Shown: one piece after another, positions 45,828-54,133 of the stretch
Numbering within the stretch: the stretch's first letter is position 1
Layout: each line of letters begins with the position of its first letter
Assembly: GCA_038246075.1 (NCBI GenBank)
Contig: JBBRRV010000002.1
Coordinates: forward strand, 6,267-70,266
Length of the DNA stretch: 64,000 bases
Reading direction: 5' to 3'
From: Bacteroidales bacterium
GTDB lineage: Bacteria; Bacteroidota; Bacteroidia; Bacteroidales; DASVHX01
Notes under the pieces: generated by a model
Seen by the model: only the letters and a program-made list of their open reading frames with translations
What the model was told of the DNA's origin: nothing
The model's database searches: none
Translations under genes and position numbers: made by a program

Positions 45828-47669
45828 ATGAATATAATTATCATAAACCGGCAACTGTCAGATCGAGAAATCATTGCAATTAAAGCAATGATAAAGGAGG
45901 GTGATTTTCGGCTCTATGCCTCGCAGGGGTTACCTGCAGAACTGGCACATCTCATCCCGGAACAACCGGTTTTAAGTTCACAGGAGAAGAAACAGATATT
46001 TACCAATGCGCTCAGCGGTTTACTTCAGTTTGGTGATAAACTCATAGATGGAATGGCCGTGAGCAAGCGGCTCACTTTTGGGTCGATGCCGCTCTGGCAT
46101 TACCAGCGTTTCAGGATTTATTTCCCATTGCGGACTCTGCTCCTGGAACTTGCAGAGCTCCGGCAGCTTTCAAATGATTCAGGCAGGTTGATCTGCTATT
46201 CATCCAGTACATTGCTCAAAGGCCTGTCAGACCTTCCTTCAAATGTTGAATTGCATGCGGATATGGGACAAAAAGTTGCATTAAACTATAAAGTAGTTGC
46301 TGCTTATGCACTTTTTGCCATTTTGCGTTTCATCATTGGTGCATTCCAGATGATGAATATAGCCGGAAAGCGACATGTGATCCTTGACCGGTCAGAAAAG
46401 CAGGTTTGTGTCGATCCCGATACGCTTCGGACAAAACAGGATAACTACAACCTCTCTTACCTGCTTGACCGATCGGGAAAAGAATTTCTGGTGATCAGCG
46501 AGGTTGAAATTCCCAAATTCAACACATCCTCGAACTTTCGGCTCAGGGGATACCATTTCTGGCAGCAGGGGCGCATGCAAAGGACGCTATATGGCGAATA
46601 TATTCTTATCCGTGCAATGCTTAGTAAACGGGTTCATCGGGAGAAAGCCGCTTTGCTCCGGGATTTTGACGGCGTTGTTGAAACCATTGGAAAGGCTTCA
46701 CTGTCTCAATCTGAAAAACTGATTTTTTCTTTTTTTGTTGGTTTACGCAGGACGAACAGCTTTTTTGTTGTCAAACACCTGGCTTATCTGCGATTCTTTA
46801 AACATCACAGGTTTGTTACGATAAGTTGTATCGATGAAAACAGTCCTTCGGTACGTTGCATTCTGGATGCGGGAAGAGCGCACGGTTCAGGAATCATAGG
46901 CATTCAGCACGGTATGATCAGCGATGAACAACCTGCCTATCTTTATACTGCATCGGACCGCAGTAATCTTGTTATGGCTGATCATACGCTTGTCTGGGGC
47001 GAATACTGGAAAGCGGTTCTCATCAATAAGTGCAATTATCCGCCCGAACGTATTCATGTGATCGGACAGATTCGCACTGATGTCATTCCACGGCTGAAGG
47101 AAACGGGCGATACAGATTTGAAGATGAAGCTGACAGGTGGCAAATTCCTGGTCGTATTTGCTTCGCAGCCACAGCCTGATGCCCGTGTGCGCAGGCAGGC
47201 TGCCTTTGATGTGTTTACCGCGCTGAAAGACGAAAAAGATGTATTTGTACTTGTAAAACTTCATCCGGCAGAGCGCAACGCAGTCGCCTATTATAATGGC
47301 ATCGCCGAAGCAGCTGGCTGTTCGAATTACAGGCTGGTTTATGATATCGATCTTTACCGCCTCCTGGCAGCATGCGATGCGCTTATTACCTGTTATTCCG
47401 CAGTGGGAACAGAAGCGGTCTACTTTTCAAAACCATTGATCATTCTCGACTATAATCGTGACGATTTACTTGGTTACCATGCTGAAGGGGTTGCAGCGCA
47501 GGCTACTGGCAGTGATGACCTGAATAAGATTGTGCGCGGATTTCTGGACAGGAAAATCCTGCCGGATAAAGCAGCTTATGCTGCCTTTATCAGTGCCTAT
47601 GCTTATCAGGTAGATGGCCATGCAGTTGACCGCTGCCTTGAATTCATCAGAAGTCTAGAGCAGGGATAG
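45828..47669 (+). CDS. Uncharacterised 613-aa protein; the C-terminal half looks like a GT-B transferase with an HP motif (candidate CMP-nonulosonate transferase)
   Basis: C-terminal FLVVFASQPQPD...VFVLVKLHPAERN...ITCYSAVGTEAVYFSKPLIILDY resembles the KpsS/TagF/bacterial sialyltransferase class. One hydrophobic helix (VVAAYALFAILRFIIGAF). Convergent with the NulO operon, overlapping it by 15 nt. Confidence 0.45.
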   Translation: MNIIIINRQLSDREIIAIKAMIKEGDFRLYASQGLPAELAHLIPEQPVLSSQEKKQIFTNALSGLLQFGDKLIDGMAVSKRLTFGSMPLWHYQRFRIYFPLRTLLLELAELRQLSNDSGRLICYSSSTLLKGLSDLPSNVELHADMGQKVALNYKVVAAYALFAILRFIIGAFQMMNIAGKRHVILDRSEKQVCVDPDTLRTKQDNYNLSYLLDRSGKEFLVISEVEIPKFNTSSNFRLRGYHFWQQGRMQRTLYGEYILIRAMLSKRVHREKAALLRDFDGVVETIGKASLSQSEKLIFSFFVGLRRTNSFFVVKHLAYLRFFKHHRFVTISCIDENSPSVRCILDAGRAHGSGIIGIQHGMISDEQPAYLYTASDRSNLVMADHTLVWGEYWKAVLINKCNYPPERIHVIGQIRTDVIPRLKETGDTDLKMKLTGGKFLVVFASQPQPDARVRRQAAFDVFTALKDEKDVFVLVKLHPAERNAVAYYNGIAEAAGCSNYRLVYDIDLYRLLAACDALITCYSAVGTEAVYFSKPLIILDYNRDDLLGYHAEGVAAQATGSDDLNKIVRGFLDRKILPDKAAYAAFISAYAYQVDGHAVDRCLEFIRSLEQG

Positions 47670-48344
47670 TTTCGATTGAACGAATTCTGCATATAGCCAG
47701 TCAGTTTCTGTATCCAGGTCGGCGGAGTATTTATCTTCCATCACATACTTTATGATGCGCCGGTTTGCCGGTTTAATGGCTTGCCTGAGGCTTTGAACGT
47801 TAAAGACGTAAATGGCTCCGTTCGCCTGCCAGACAAGCGGACAATCCTGCCTTCGCATGAAAGTGCCTGTTTTTGATTTTTCCAGAAAACCATCTTTATT
47901 TTCCTCAAATAACACGAAGTAAGGATTTGCCTCAGTCAGTTTAACGGAAAGAACAAGATCGATGTCAGGCGAATATAAAGCAAGCGCTTCCTTTACATGG
48001 AAGGCCTGCCTTAAAGGTGATGTAGGCTGCAACAGTACTATATTATCATAGCTTTTTCCCCGGGAAGTATAAAAATCAAGTGCATGCCTGATTACCTCTT
48101 CAGAAGAAGCGGTATCGGTGGATAATTCAGGTGGGCGGCGAAACGGAAGATACAATCCCATTCCTTCGGCCACGGCAGCAATAGCATCATCGTCAGTCGA
48201 GAGGCAGATGTCAGCATCTGCTGCAAACTGCCGGGCAAGGTCAATGCCATAGCTAACGAGAGGCTTGCCGGCGAACAACCTTACGTTTTTTCCCGGAATT
48301 CCTTTGGAACCGCCTCTGGCAGGAATAATAAAAAGTGTGTGCAT
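47655..48344 (-). CDS. neuA: CMP-N-acylneuraminate (nonulosonate) cytidylyltransferase, NeuA/LegF-like
   Basis: 229-aa ORF with the IIPARGGSKGIPGKN motif. Confidence 0.9.
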   Translation of the reverse strand: MHTLFIIPARGGSKGIPGKNVRLFAGKPLVSYGIDLARQFAADADICLSTDDDAIAAVAEGMGLYLPFRRPPELSTDTASSEEVIRHALDFYTSRGKSYDNIVLLQPTSPLRQAFHVKEALALYSPDIDLVLSVKLTEANPYFVLFEENKDGFLEKSKTGTFMRRQDCPLVWQANGAIYVFNVQSLRQAIKPANRRIIKYVMEDKYSADLDTETDWLYAEFVQSKLSLL

Positions 48345-49396
48345 TAGAATTTAATGTGTTTGATTTCCTGTTGTGCCTTTTCAAAATCCTCAATCCGGCC
48401 TATATCCATCCAGTAGCCAAGGATAGGGTAATGGATTAATTTTTGTCCCTGTGCCAATACAGCATCCATCAGTTCGGTAGCATGGTAATGTTGTCCGGCA
48501 GGTATCATGTGCAAAAGTTCGCGTTTTACAATATAGATGCCGGCATTCGTATAATGGGTATAGACAGGTTTTTCGCGGAATGAAAGGATGCGGCTGCCCG
48601 AGGTCTCGAGCACGGCAAAGGGCATATTTACTTTATAGGGAATAGAGGCGACTGCCATTACAGCATCCTCTTCGATAAAATTCTTGTAAAAATCCTCGTA
48701 ATCGATATTGGTAAGGATATCGGAATTGATGATCAGCACATGCTCGCTGGAGAATCCTTCTATCAGGCTTATGGCGCCAATAGTTCCCATGGGTGCAGTC
48801 TCGCGGATATAATCGATATTGATGGATTTTGAACTGCCGTCGCCGAAATAGGTTTCGATCTGTTCGCCAAGGTATTTGACGGCAATGTGAAAATCGTCAA
48901 GACCAAAATCAATCAGGCGATCTATATTATGTTCCAGAATCGGTTTGTCGCCTATTTTAAGCAGGGGTTTCGGAATTGTATCCGTGAGCGGGCGTAACCT
49001 TTCTCCGCGGCCACCGGCCATAATCACTACATCCAACGGGAGAACGGACCGCTGCTTGTTCAGGTTAATAATCTTGATAACTCTTTTTTGATCGTCAAGC
49101 AATGGAACGAGTTTGATGAGCCTTTTCCGGAAATTTTCAATGTCATGCAGGTCAAATTCGTTTTTGCGGATAAAGCGGTACTGACGAAACATGAACTCAC
49201 TGACAGGCGTATCTAAAGTTAATCCGCTTAGAAGCCCCCGCCGCACATCACCGTCGGTAAGCGTGCCAACGAGCTGTTTGTCGTCATTCAAAGCGAAGAG
49301 TGTTAAAGTATCAGGTATTTCATTGAGCATTAACAAGGCTACTTTAACAGTTTCCTTTTCATCTATAAATTGTTTTTGCAGTTCAGCAGGATTCAT
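48344..49396 (-). CDS. CBS-pair plus sugar-1-phosphate nucleotidyltransferase, PtmE-like
   Basis: MAGGRGERLRPLTDTIPKPLL nucleotidyltransferase loop preceded by a CBS pair. The ORF extends to 49477, but that overlaps neuC by 95 nt. The ATG at 49396 (MNPAELQ) leaves a 14-nt overlap. Confidence 0.8.
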   Translation of the reverse strand: MNPAELQKQFIDEKETVKVALLMLNEIPDTLTLFALNDDKQLVGTLTDGDVRRGLLSGLTLDTPVSEFMFRQYRFIRKNEFDLHDIENFRKRLIKLVPLLDDQKRVIKIINLNKQRSVLPLDVVIMAGGRGERLRPLTDTIPKPLLKIGDKPILEHNIDRLIDFGLDDFHIAVKYLGEQIETYFGDGSSKSINIDYIRETAPMGTIGAISLIEGFSSEHVLIINSDILTNIDYEDFYKNFIEEDAVMAVASIPYKVNMPFAVLETSGSRILSFREKPVYTHYTNAGIYIVKRELLHMIPAGQHYHATELMDAVLAQGQKLIHYPILGYWMDIGRIEDFEKAQQEIKHIKF

Positions 49397-50486
49397 TTTT
49401 GAGAATTTTAACGATTTTGTACGCGGTGTTTCCATCACCATAGATATCAACCGGATCGGGTTCGCCGGATTTGGCAACCTTGTTCACGGCTGCAATGATT
49501 TCTGTTGATTTCAACGGGCAGTTGATAATATTTGGCGTAATGATCCGGCCTTGCTGGCGGTTACCAAGGTTAATGACCCATTTCGGGAAAAAGGCAGCAT
49601 CGAAAAATCCGCTGGATGTATTGCCGACAAGCATTTTACTGTATTTCATGCAGCTAAGGTAGCCAAGCGAGCCGAAATTTTCGACCAGGTGAACCCGGCT
49701 TTTTCCGTTGGCAAAAGCCCCGAGTTTTTCCCTTATCATCAGACCAGTCGTATCCGCATTCGGCATGGTAATGACGATCTGGTAATCATTCAGGTATACA
49801 AATGCTGCGATCAGTTCATCGATGGCCTGTGTGTTATTTTCGTAAGAAACAGTTTCCGGGTGGAAGGTGCTCAGAATTGTCGGCAGGCTAAGGTCAATTT
49901 GAAATTGTTGTTTAAAAGCCTCAACGGAGAGCAGCTGAACATGATGCAGGTAATCCATACTTAAAGCGCCGGTGTTGTATGCATTTTCATCTGATCCCTT
50001 GAGTTCTGCAACACGCCGGCGATACACCTCTGTGCTGGTAAAATGCAGCTGCGACATGTGGGTGATGGAATGTCTGAAAGCATCGTCGATAGCGCCCTTT
50101 GTAGTTTCCCCTCCGTGGATGTGTGCAAATCTGATGTTAAACGGGACGCCCGAAGCCACGGCGGCAAACATCTCGAAACGGTCGCCAAGGGCAAATACCA
50201 GGCTAAAACGCTCGTTTGTCCATACTTTTGTAAAGGCTTCCATTGTTTTCCCCATTGCCGTGGAAATAGCAGCAGGGCTGTCATCTTCCGGCATAACGGG
50301 AATGCGGTAGGCTACATCAAACCCTTCCGAAATGATCTGGTCTATGGTCATGCCAAAAGCAGGGGATAGGTGACTCCCGAAAGCGATGATTTTTAATTCA
50401 AAAAACGGATCGGATGCAAGGGCACGCAGTAAAGGAAGGTAGATGCCGAAATCGGCCCGGGAGCTTGTGAGAATGGCTATTTTCAC
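49383..50486 (-). CDS. neuC: Hydrolysing NDP-N-acetylhexosamine 2-epimerase, NeuC/LegG-like
   Basis: 367-aa ORF. MKIAILTSSRADFGIYLPLL. GTG start overlaps the neuB stop (GTGA). Confidence 0.9.
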   Translation of the reverse strand: MKIAILTSSRADFGIYLPLLRALASDPFFELKIIAFGSHLSPAFGMTIDQIISEGFDVAYRIPVMPEDDSPAAISTAMGKTMEAFTKVWTNERFSLVFALGDRFEMFAAVASGVPFNIRFAHIHGGETTKGAIDDAFRHSITHMSQLHFTSTEVYRRRVAELKGSDENAYNTGALSMDYLHHVQLLSVEAFKQQFQIDLSLPTILSTFHPETVSYENNTQAIDELIAAFVYLNDYQIVITMPNADTTGLMIREKLGAFANGKSRVHLVENFGSLGYLSCMKYSKMLVGNTSSGFFDAAFFPKWVINLGNRQQGRIITPNIINCPLKSTEIIAAVNKVAKSGEPDPVDIYGDGNTAYKIVKILKNESC

Positions 50487-51505
50487 AGAAGATGATCCAT
50501 TTGAAGCTGGGTGTCGGATTCCAGCTTTATTTTTAATTTCCTGCCAATGATGTCATCCATCAGCATTGGACTGATGCCGTTTCCAGGCCTTTTCATTGCC
50601 AGGTCAGTTTCTGTGAGGATATGTCCTGCAGGCAGATCGGTAGCAAGGTGAATACTCTTGCGGGCCGCTGTCAGGTTTTTTAATTCGGATGGTAAAGGTT
50701 CTTTAATCCCGCTACCCAGCGCCTTCTCAACGTTGCGGATGGCTTTAACCATGGCTTTGAGTTCGTGCGGTTCGAGCGAAGCCTTGTGATCGGGACCCGG
50801 TAATGAACGATTGAGCGTAAAATGTTTTTCTATTATTTTGGCACCAAGTGCTGCAGCAGCGATGGCGATTTCAATTCCCTGCGTGTGGTCGGAAAATCCT
50901 GATCTAACGTTAAATGTTTCACCCAGTGAAAGCATTGCTTTCAGGTTTACATCCTCCATGGGCGCAGGGTATTCAGTTGTGCACTGCAATAAGGTTATTT
51001 TATTCAATGGGGTGCCTGCAACTGTCAGCACATCCACGGCCTGCTTAATTTCTTCCATGGTGGACATTCCGGTTGAAAGTGCTACTGATTTTCCCAAAGA
51101 TCCTATTTTTCTCAGATAAGGAAGGTTGGTGATTTCCCCGGAAGGAATCTTAAACAAACTCATGCCAAACTCCAGGAGCAGGTCGATGCTTTCGAGGTCA
51201 AAAGCCGTTGAGAGGAATCTTATCCGGCTGCGTTTGCATTGTTCAATCAGCTGGAGGTGTGCATTCCGGTCAAGTTCGAGCCTGCGTAACATATCATACT
51301 GGCTTTCTCCGGGCTCGCTGCCTTGCTGTATAGCCTGGTAGGCTGCCTTTGGTGCAGCGGATGTTACAAGGTGCCCGGTCTTGAAGGTCTGGAATTTTAC
51401 GTAATCAGCCCCGGCTTCAGCCGCAGCTTCTACCAGTTTGTGGGCAAGTTCCATCTGCCCGTTATGATTTACGCCGGCTTCAGCTATGATAATTATTTTA
51501 GTCAT
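50483..51505 (-). CDS. neuB: N-acylneuraminate (nonulosonate) synthase, NeuB/LegI-like
   Basis: IIAEAGVNHNG motif and a C-terminal SAF-like domain. ATG at 51505; the track start at 51517 is TTG. Confidence 0.9.
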   Translation of the reverse strand: MTKIIIIAEAGVNHNGQMELAHKLVEAAAEAGADYVKFQTFKTGHLVTSAAPKAAYQAIQQGSEPGESQYDMLRRLELDRNAHLQLIEQCKRSRIRFLSTAFDLESIDLLLEFGMSLFKIPSGEITNLPYLRKIGSLGKSVALSTGMSTMEEIKQAVDVLTVAGTPLNKITLLQCTTEYPAPMEDVNLKAMLSLGETFNVRSGFSDHTQGIEIAIAAAALGAKIIEKHFTLNRSLPGPDHKASLEPHELKAMVKAIRNVEKALGSGIKEPLPSELKNLTAARKSIHLATDLPAGHILTETDLAMKRPGNGISPMLMDDIIGRKLKIKLESDTQLQMDHLL

Positions 51506-52148
51506 GCGATTTTCCAATTACAGTGGCAGGATTACCATATAGTTTTAACCCATCACCCACATTTCTAACTACAACAGCAGCGGCCCCGAAAAGGTTGCTG
51601 TTCCCGATGGTCAGGTTGTTGAGCAAGGTGGCATTCGTGCCAATAAAATTATTGTTTCCGATTGTACAGGTGCCATTCACAACGCAGGCAGTTGAAATAT
51701 GGTTGTTGGCGCCAATAATGCTATCATGTTCTATAAGACAGGAAGTGTTCACAATGCAATTCGGTCCGATTATTACGCCTGCATTGATAAAAGCAAAGGG
51801 CATCACAAGTGTACCCTGACCAAGGCTGGCGTGTGGTGATACATAGGCTCTTGGCGAAATGATCACCGGCAAGCGGCATCCATGTGTCACGAGCAACTCA
51901 TACATGTGCCAGCGAGGTCGGTAATCACGCACATGCCCGATGGTTATAAAGAAATGCTTGTATGCTTTGGCCAATTGCGGCAGATCATCATCATTGGCGA
52001 AAACTTCATAGCCCAGTATCTTCTCATGTAGCCGCGAAGGCATGTCAACGATACCGGCTACTGCGAACTTTCCTTCCTGCTCGATGGTGTCGATCACTGA
52101 TTTACAATGGCCTCCGCCACCAAAAAGCACGATTTCCTCTTTGCTCAT
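51498..52148 (-). CDS. NeuD/PglD-family hexapeptide sugar N/O-acetyltransferase (LegH-like)
   Basis: 216-aa ORF. N-terminal Rossmann-like LFGGGGHCKSVID and left-handed beta-helix repeats. Confidence 0.85.
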   Translation of the reverse strand: MSKEEIVLFGGGGHCKSVIDTIEQEGKFAVAGIVDMPSRLHEKILGYEVFANDDDLPQLAKAYKHFFITIGHVRDYRPRWHMYELLVTHGCRLPVIISPRAYVSPHASLGQGTLVMPFAFINAGVIIGPNCIVNTSCLIEHDSIIGANNHISTACVVNGTCTIGNNNFIGTNATLLNNLTIGNSNLFGAAAVVVRNVGDGLKLYGNPATVIGKSHD

Positions 52149-52181
52149 ATACTGTTTATGCCAGGAAAGTTTAAATTATTC

Positions 52182-52189
52182 CAAATGTA
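52182..52189 (-). promoter_or_regulatory. -7 box TACATTTG, candidate promoter of the NulO operon
   Basis: caaatgta on the plus strand, 33 nt upstream of the neuD-family ATG at 52148. Confidence 0.5.
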
Positions 52190-52258
52190 CGCATATTTAC
52201 ATTATCAATGGCTATAACACCTCTTATGCTAATGTTCGGTGCCGTCTGGTTTTTGGTC

Positions 52259-52266
52259 TATCTTTG
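52259..52266 (+). promoter_or_regulatory. -7 box TATCTTTG
   Basis: 24 nt upstream of the gpsA-like ATG at 52291. Divergent from the NulO promoter. Confidence 0.5.
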
Positions 52267-52290
52267 CGCCTTAAATCTGAAAGGCAAAAA

Positions 52291-53271
52291 ATGATGGAAA
52301 ATCCGAATATTTGCATCGTTGGCGCCGGGTCAATAGGGACAGCCCTTGGCAATGCGCTGGCTGTCCGTCCCGAACTCAACGTTCGCTTACTATCTATCGA
52401 GGAAGAGGTAGTGAATACAATCAGCACAGATCATATCAACCAGAAATATTTTCCGAATATCAGGCTGAGCCCGAGGCTGAAAGCTACTACCAATGTGCAT
52501 GTGCTTGAAGATGCCGATATCATCTTCCTGGCAATTCCATCGGTTAATACAGAAGATTATGTGGCTCAACACCGCAAACTGATCTCTCCGAAAGCTATTC
52601 TTGTGAATCTGGCCAAAGGTTTTGGCGCTGATAATAATACCATAACCGAGAGCCTCAGCAGCCAATCCGATCTTGTGGTTTGTTCGCTCAAGGGACCTAC
52701 ATTCGCCCGCGAAATCATTAACAATATTCCCACGGCTTTTACATTGGGAGCTCCCGAAGAATCACTGTTTCCGGTATTCGCCGATACGTTTAAGGATACG
52801 ATTATCTACCTTGATTATTCCACTGATATGCGGGGTGTTGAAATCCTGAGCATTATCAAGAATATTTATGCGATCATCATCGGTATCGTGGATGCCAACT
52901 TTAATTCGCCAAACCTTAGATTTCTGGCCTTTACAAAAGCCTTCAACGAGATGCGGCATATTTTAATTTTTTCAGGTGGCCGCGAGGAAACCATGTTTAA
53001 TTATTGCGGGATAGGTGACTTTGGCCTTACTTCGCTGAATGACCTTAGCCGCAACCGCACACTGGGGTTGCTGATCGGAAAAGGATTCTTCACCCAGGAT
53101 ATTTCAGATAAAGTTGTACTGGAAGGAAAGATAGCCGTTAATATATTTGTTGAGGAACTGAAGAAAAAAGGAATGCCTCCAGAGCAGTATTACCTGATGA
53201 ACGAATTGTATAAAGTATTTAATGAACCTTATGATATTTCTACTTTCGTCAGTAAATTGCTGGTCCGCTAG
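52291..53271 (+). CDS. NAD(P)H-dependent glycerol-3-phosphate dehydrogenase-like (GpsA family)
   Basis: MMENPNICIVGAGSIGTALGNALA...DADIIFLAIPS. The ORF-track start at 52042 is an antisense run-on over neuD. A TATCTTTG box lies 24 nt upstream of the ATG at 52291. Confidence 0.8.
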   Translation: MMENPNICIVGAGSIGTALGNALAVRPELNVRLLSIEEEVVNTISTDHINQKYFPNIRLSPRLKATTNVHVLEDADIIFLAIPSVNTEDYVAQHRKLISPKAILVNLAKGFGADNNTITESLSSQSDLVVCSLKGPTFAREIINNIPTAFTLGAPEESLFPVFADTFKDTIIYLDYSTDMRGVEILSIIKNIYAIIIGIVDANFNSPNLRFLAFTKAFNEMRHILIFSGGREETMFNYCGIGDFGLTSLNDLSRNRTLGLLIGKGFFTQDISDKVVLEGKIAVNIFVEELKKKGMPPEQYYLMNELYKVFNEPYDISTFVSKLLVR

Positions 53272-53894
53272 AGATCAGCGAGGAGTTTAGCCGGATCATC
53301 AAATTCTCCCACCATTTGCTGTATTCGTTTATCTTCCCAGTCCCACCATTTTAATCGCTGCAGGCCGGTAATTGTTTCCGGATCGAAGCGGAAGCGGATA
53401 TGTTTAGCCGGTGTTCCGGCAACAATGCTGTAAGGCTCAACATCAGCTGTTACCAGCGAATGAGCCCCGATAATTGCACCATTGCCCACAGTAATCCCAG
53501 CCAGTATTGTAGCATTGGCTCCGATCCATACGTCATTGCCGATGATGCATTTATGCGTGATCTGCTCTTCAAACGGGCGATTTTTATTGACAAAGCCGTA
53601 TTTCTGATCATAGGCAAACGGGTGCGTGCTGACCCAGCTTGCAGGATGATTGCCGAGTCCCGTTTTGACTCCATAGGCGATGGAGCAAAAGTTGCCGATA
53701 GCAAGGGTATTCCGGTCAATAAGACAGTATTTATTGATGTATGTGTGATGGCCGATACTGCCCGCACATACATGTGATCCTGCTTCTATCGTCACACCGC
53801 GTCCGAATTGGACCTTTCTGCAAAGGCTTGCAGCATGAATGGTGCAGGATGGGTTGAGCAGCCGCTGCAGCAATATCCAGAGAAATTGTATCAT
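53268..53894 (-). CDS. Hexapeptide-repeat O-acetyltransferase (CatB/Vat-related)
   Basis: 208-aa ORF. IGNDVWIGANATILAGITVGNGAIIGAHSLV and the C-terminal PAKHIRFRF...LKWWDW tail are typical of the xenobiotic-acetyltransferase-like subgroup. Confidence 0.8.
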   Translation of the reverse strand: MIQFLWILLQRLLNPSCTIHAASLCRKVQFGRGVTIEAGSHVCAGSIGHHTYINKYCLIDRNTLAIGNFCSIAYGVKTGLGNHPASWVSTHPFAYDQKYGFVNKNRPFEEQITHKCIIGNDVWIGANATILAGITVGNGAIIGAHSLVTADVEPYSIVAGTPAKHIRFRFDPETITGLQRLKWWDWEDKRIQQMVGEFDDPAKLLADL

Positions 53895-53919
53895 GGTTGG
53901 GTTATTATCAGTTTAATAA

Positions 53920-54036
53920 AGTGCCTAGAGTTGGGAGTGCCTAGAGTGCCTGGAGTTGGGAGTGCCTAAAGTTCCTAGAGTTCCTAGAGTTCCTAGAGTG
54001 CCTAGAGTTGGGAGTGCCTAGAGTGCCTGGAGTTGG
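53920..54036. repeat. Mixed 9-mer/7-mer array (AGTGCCTAG / AGTTCCTAG / AGTTGGG) with a duplicated ~41-bp higher-order block
   Basis: [agtgcctag agttggg agtgcctag agtgcctgg agttggg] agtgcctaa agttcctag x3 [agtgcctag agttggg agtgcctag agtgcctgg agttgg]. Confidence 0.95.
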
Positions 54037-54092
54037 TTTCCTGCTATCGTCATTTTTATGATATTGTGCGCGTTTTTCAATATCGAATCTGT

Positions 54093-54133
54093 TGCCTATT
54101 GCCTAATGCCTAATACCTCAATGGAGTGCCTAT
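54093..54133. repeat. Heptamer array (TGCCTAT/TGCCTAA) overlapping the wecB stop codon
   Basis: tgcctat tgcctaa tgcctaa tacctca atggag tgcctat. Confidence 0.85.

Noticed and set aside
49397-49477. Upstream extension of the CBS-nucleotidyltransferase ORF
   Set aside because: It would overlap the neuC 3' end by 95 nt. The ATG at 49396 gives a typical ~350-aa protein with a 14-nt coupling overlap.
52042-52290. N-terminal 83-aa extension of the gpsA-like ORF
   Set aside because: It runs antisense through the neuD-family gene. The Rossmann motif begins right after the ATG at 52291, which has a TATCTTTG box 24 nt upstream.
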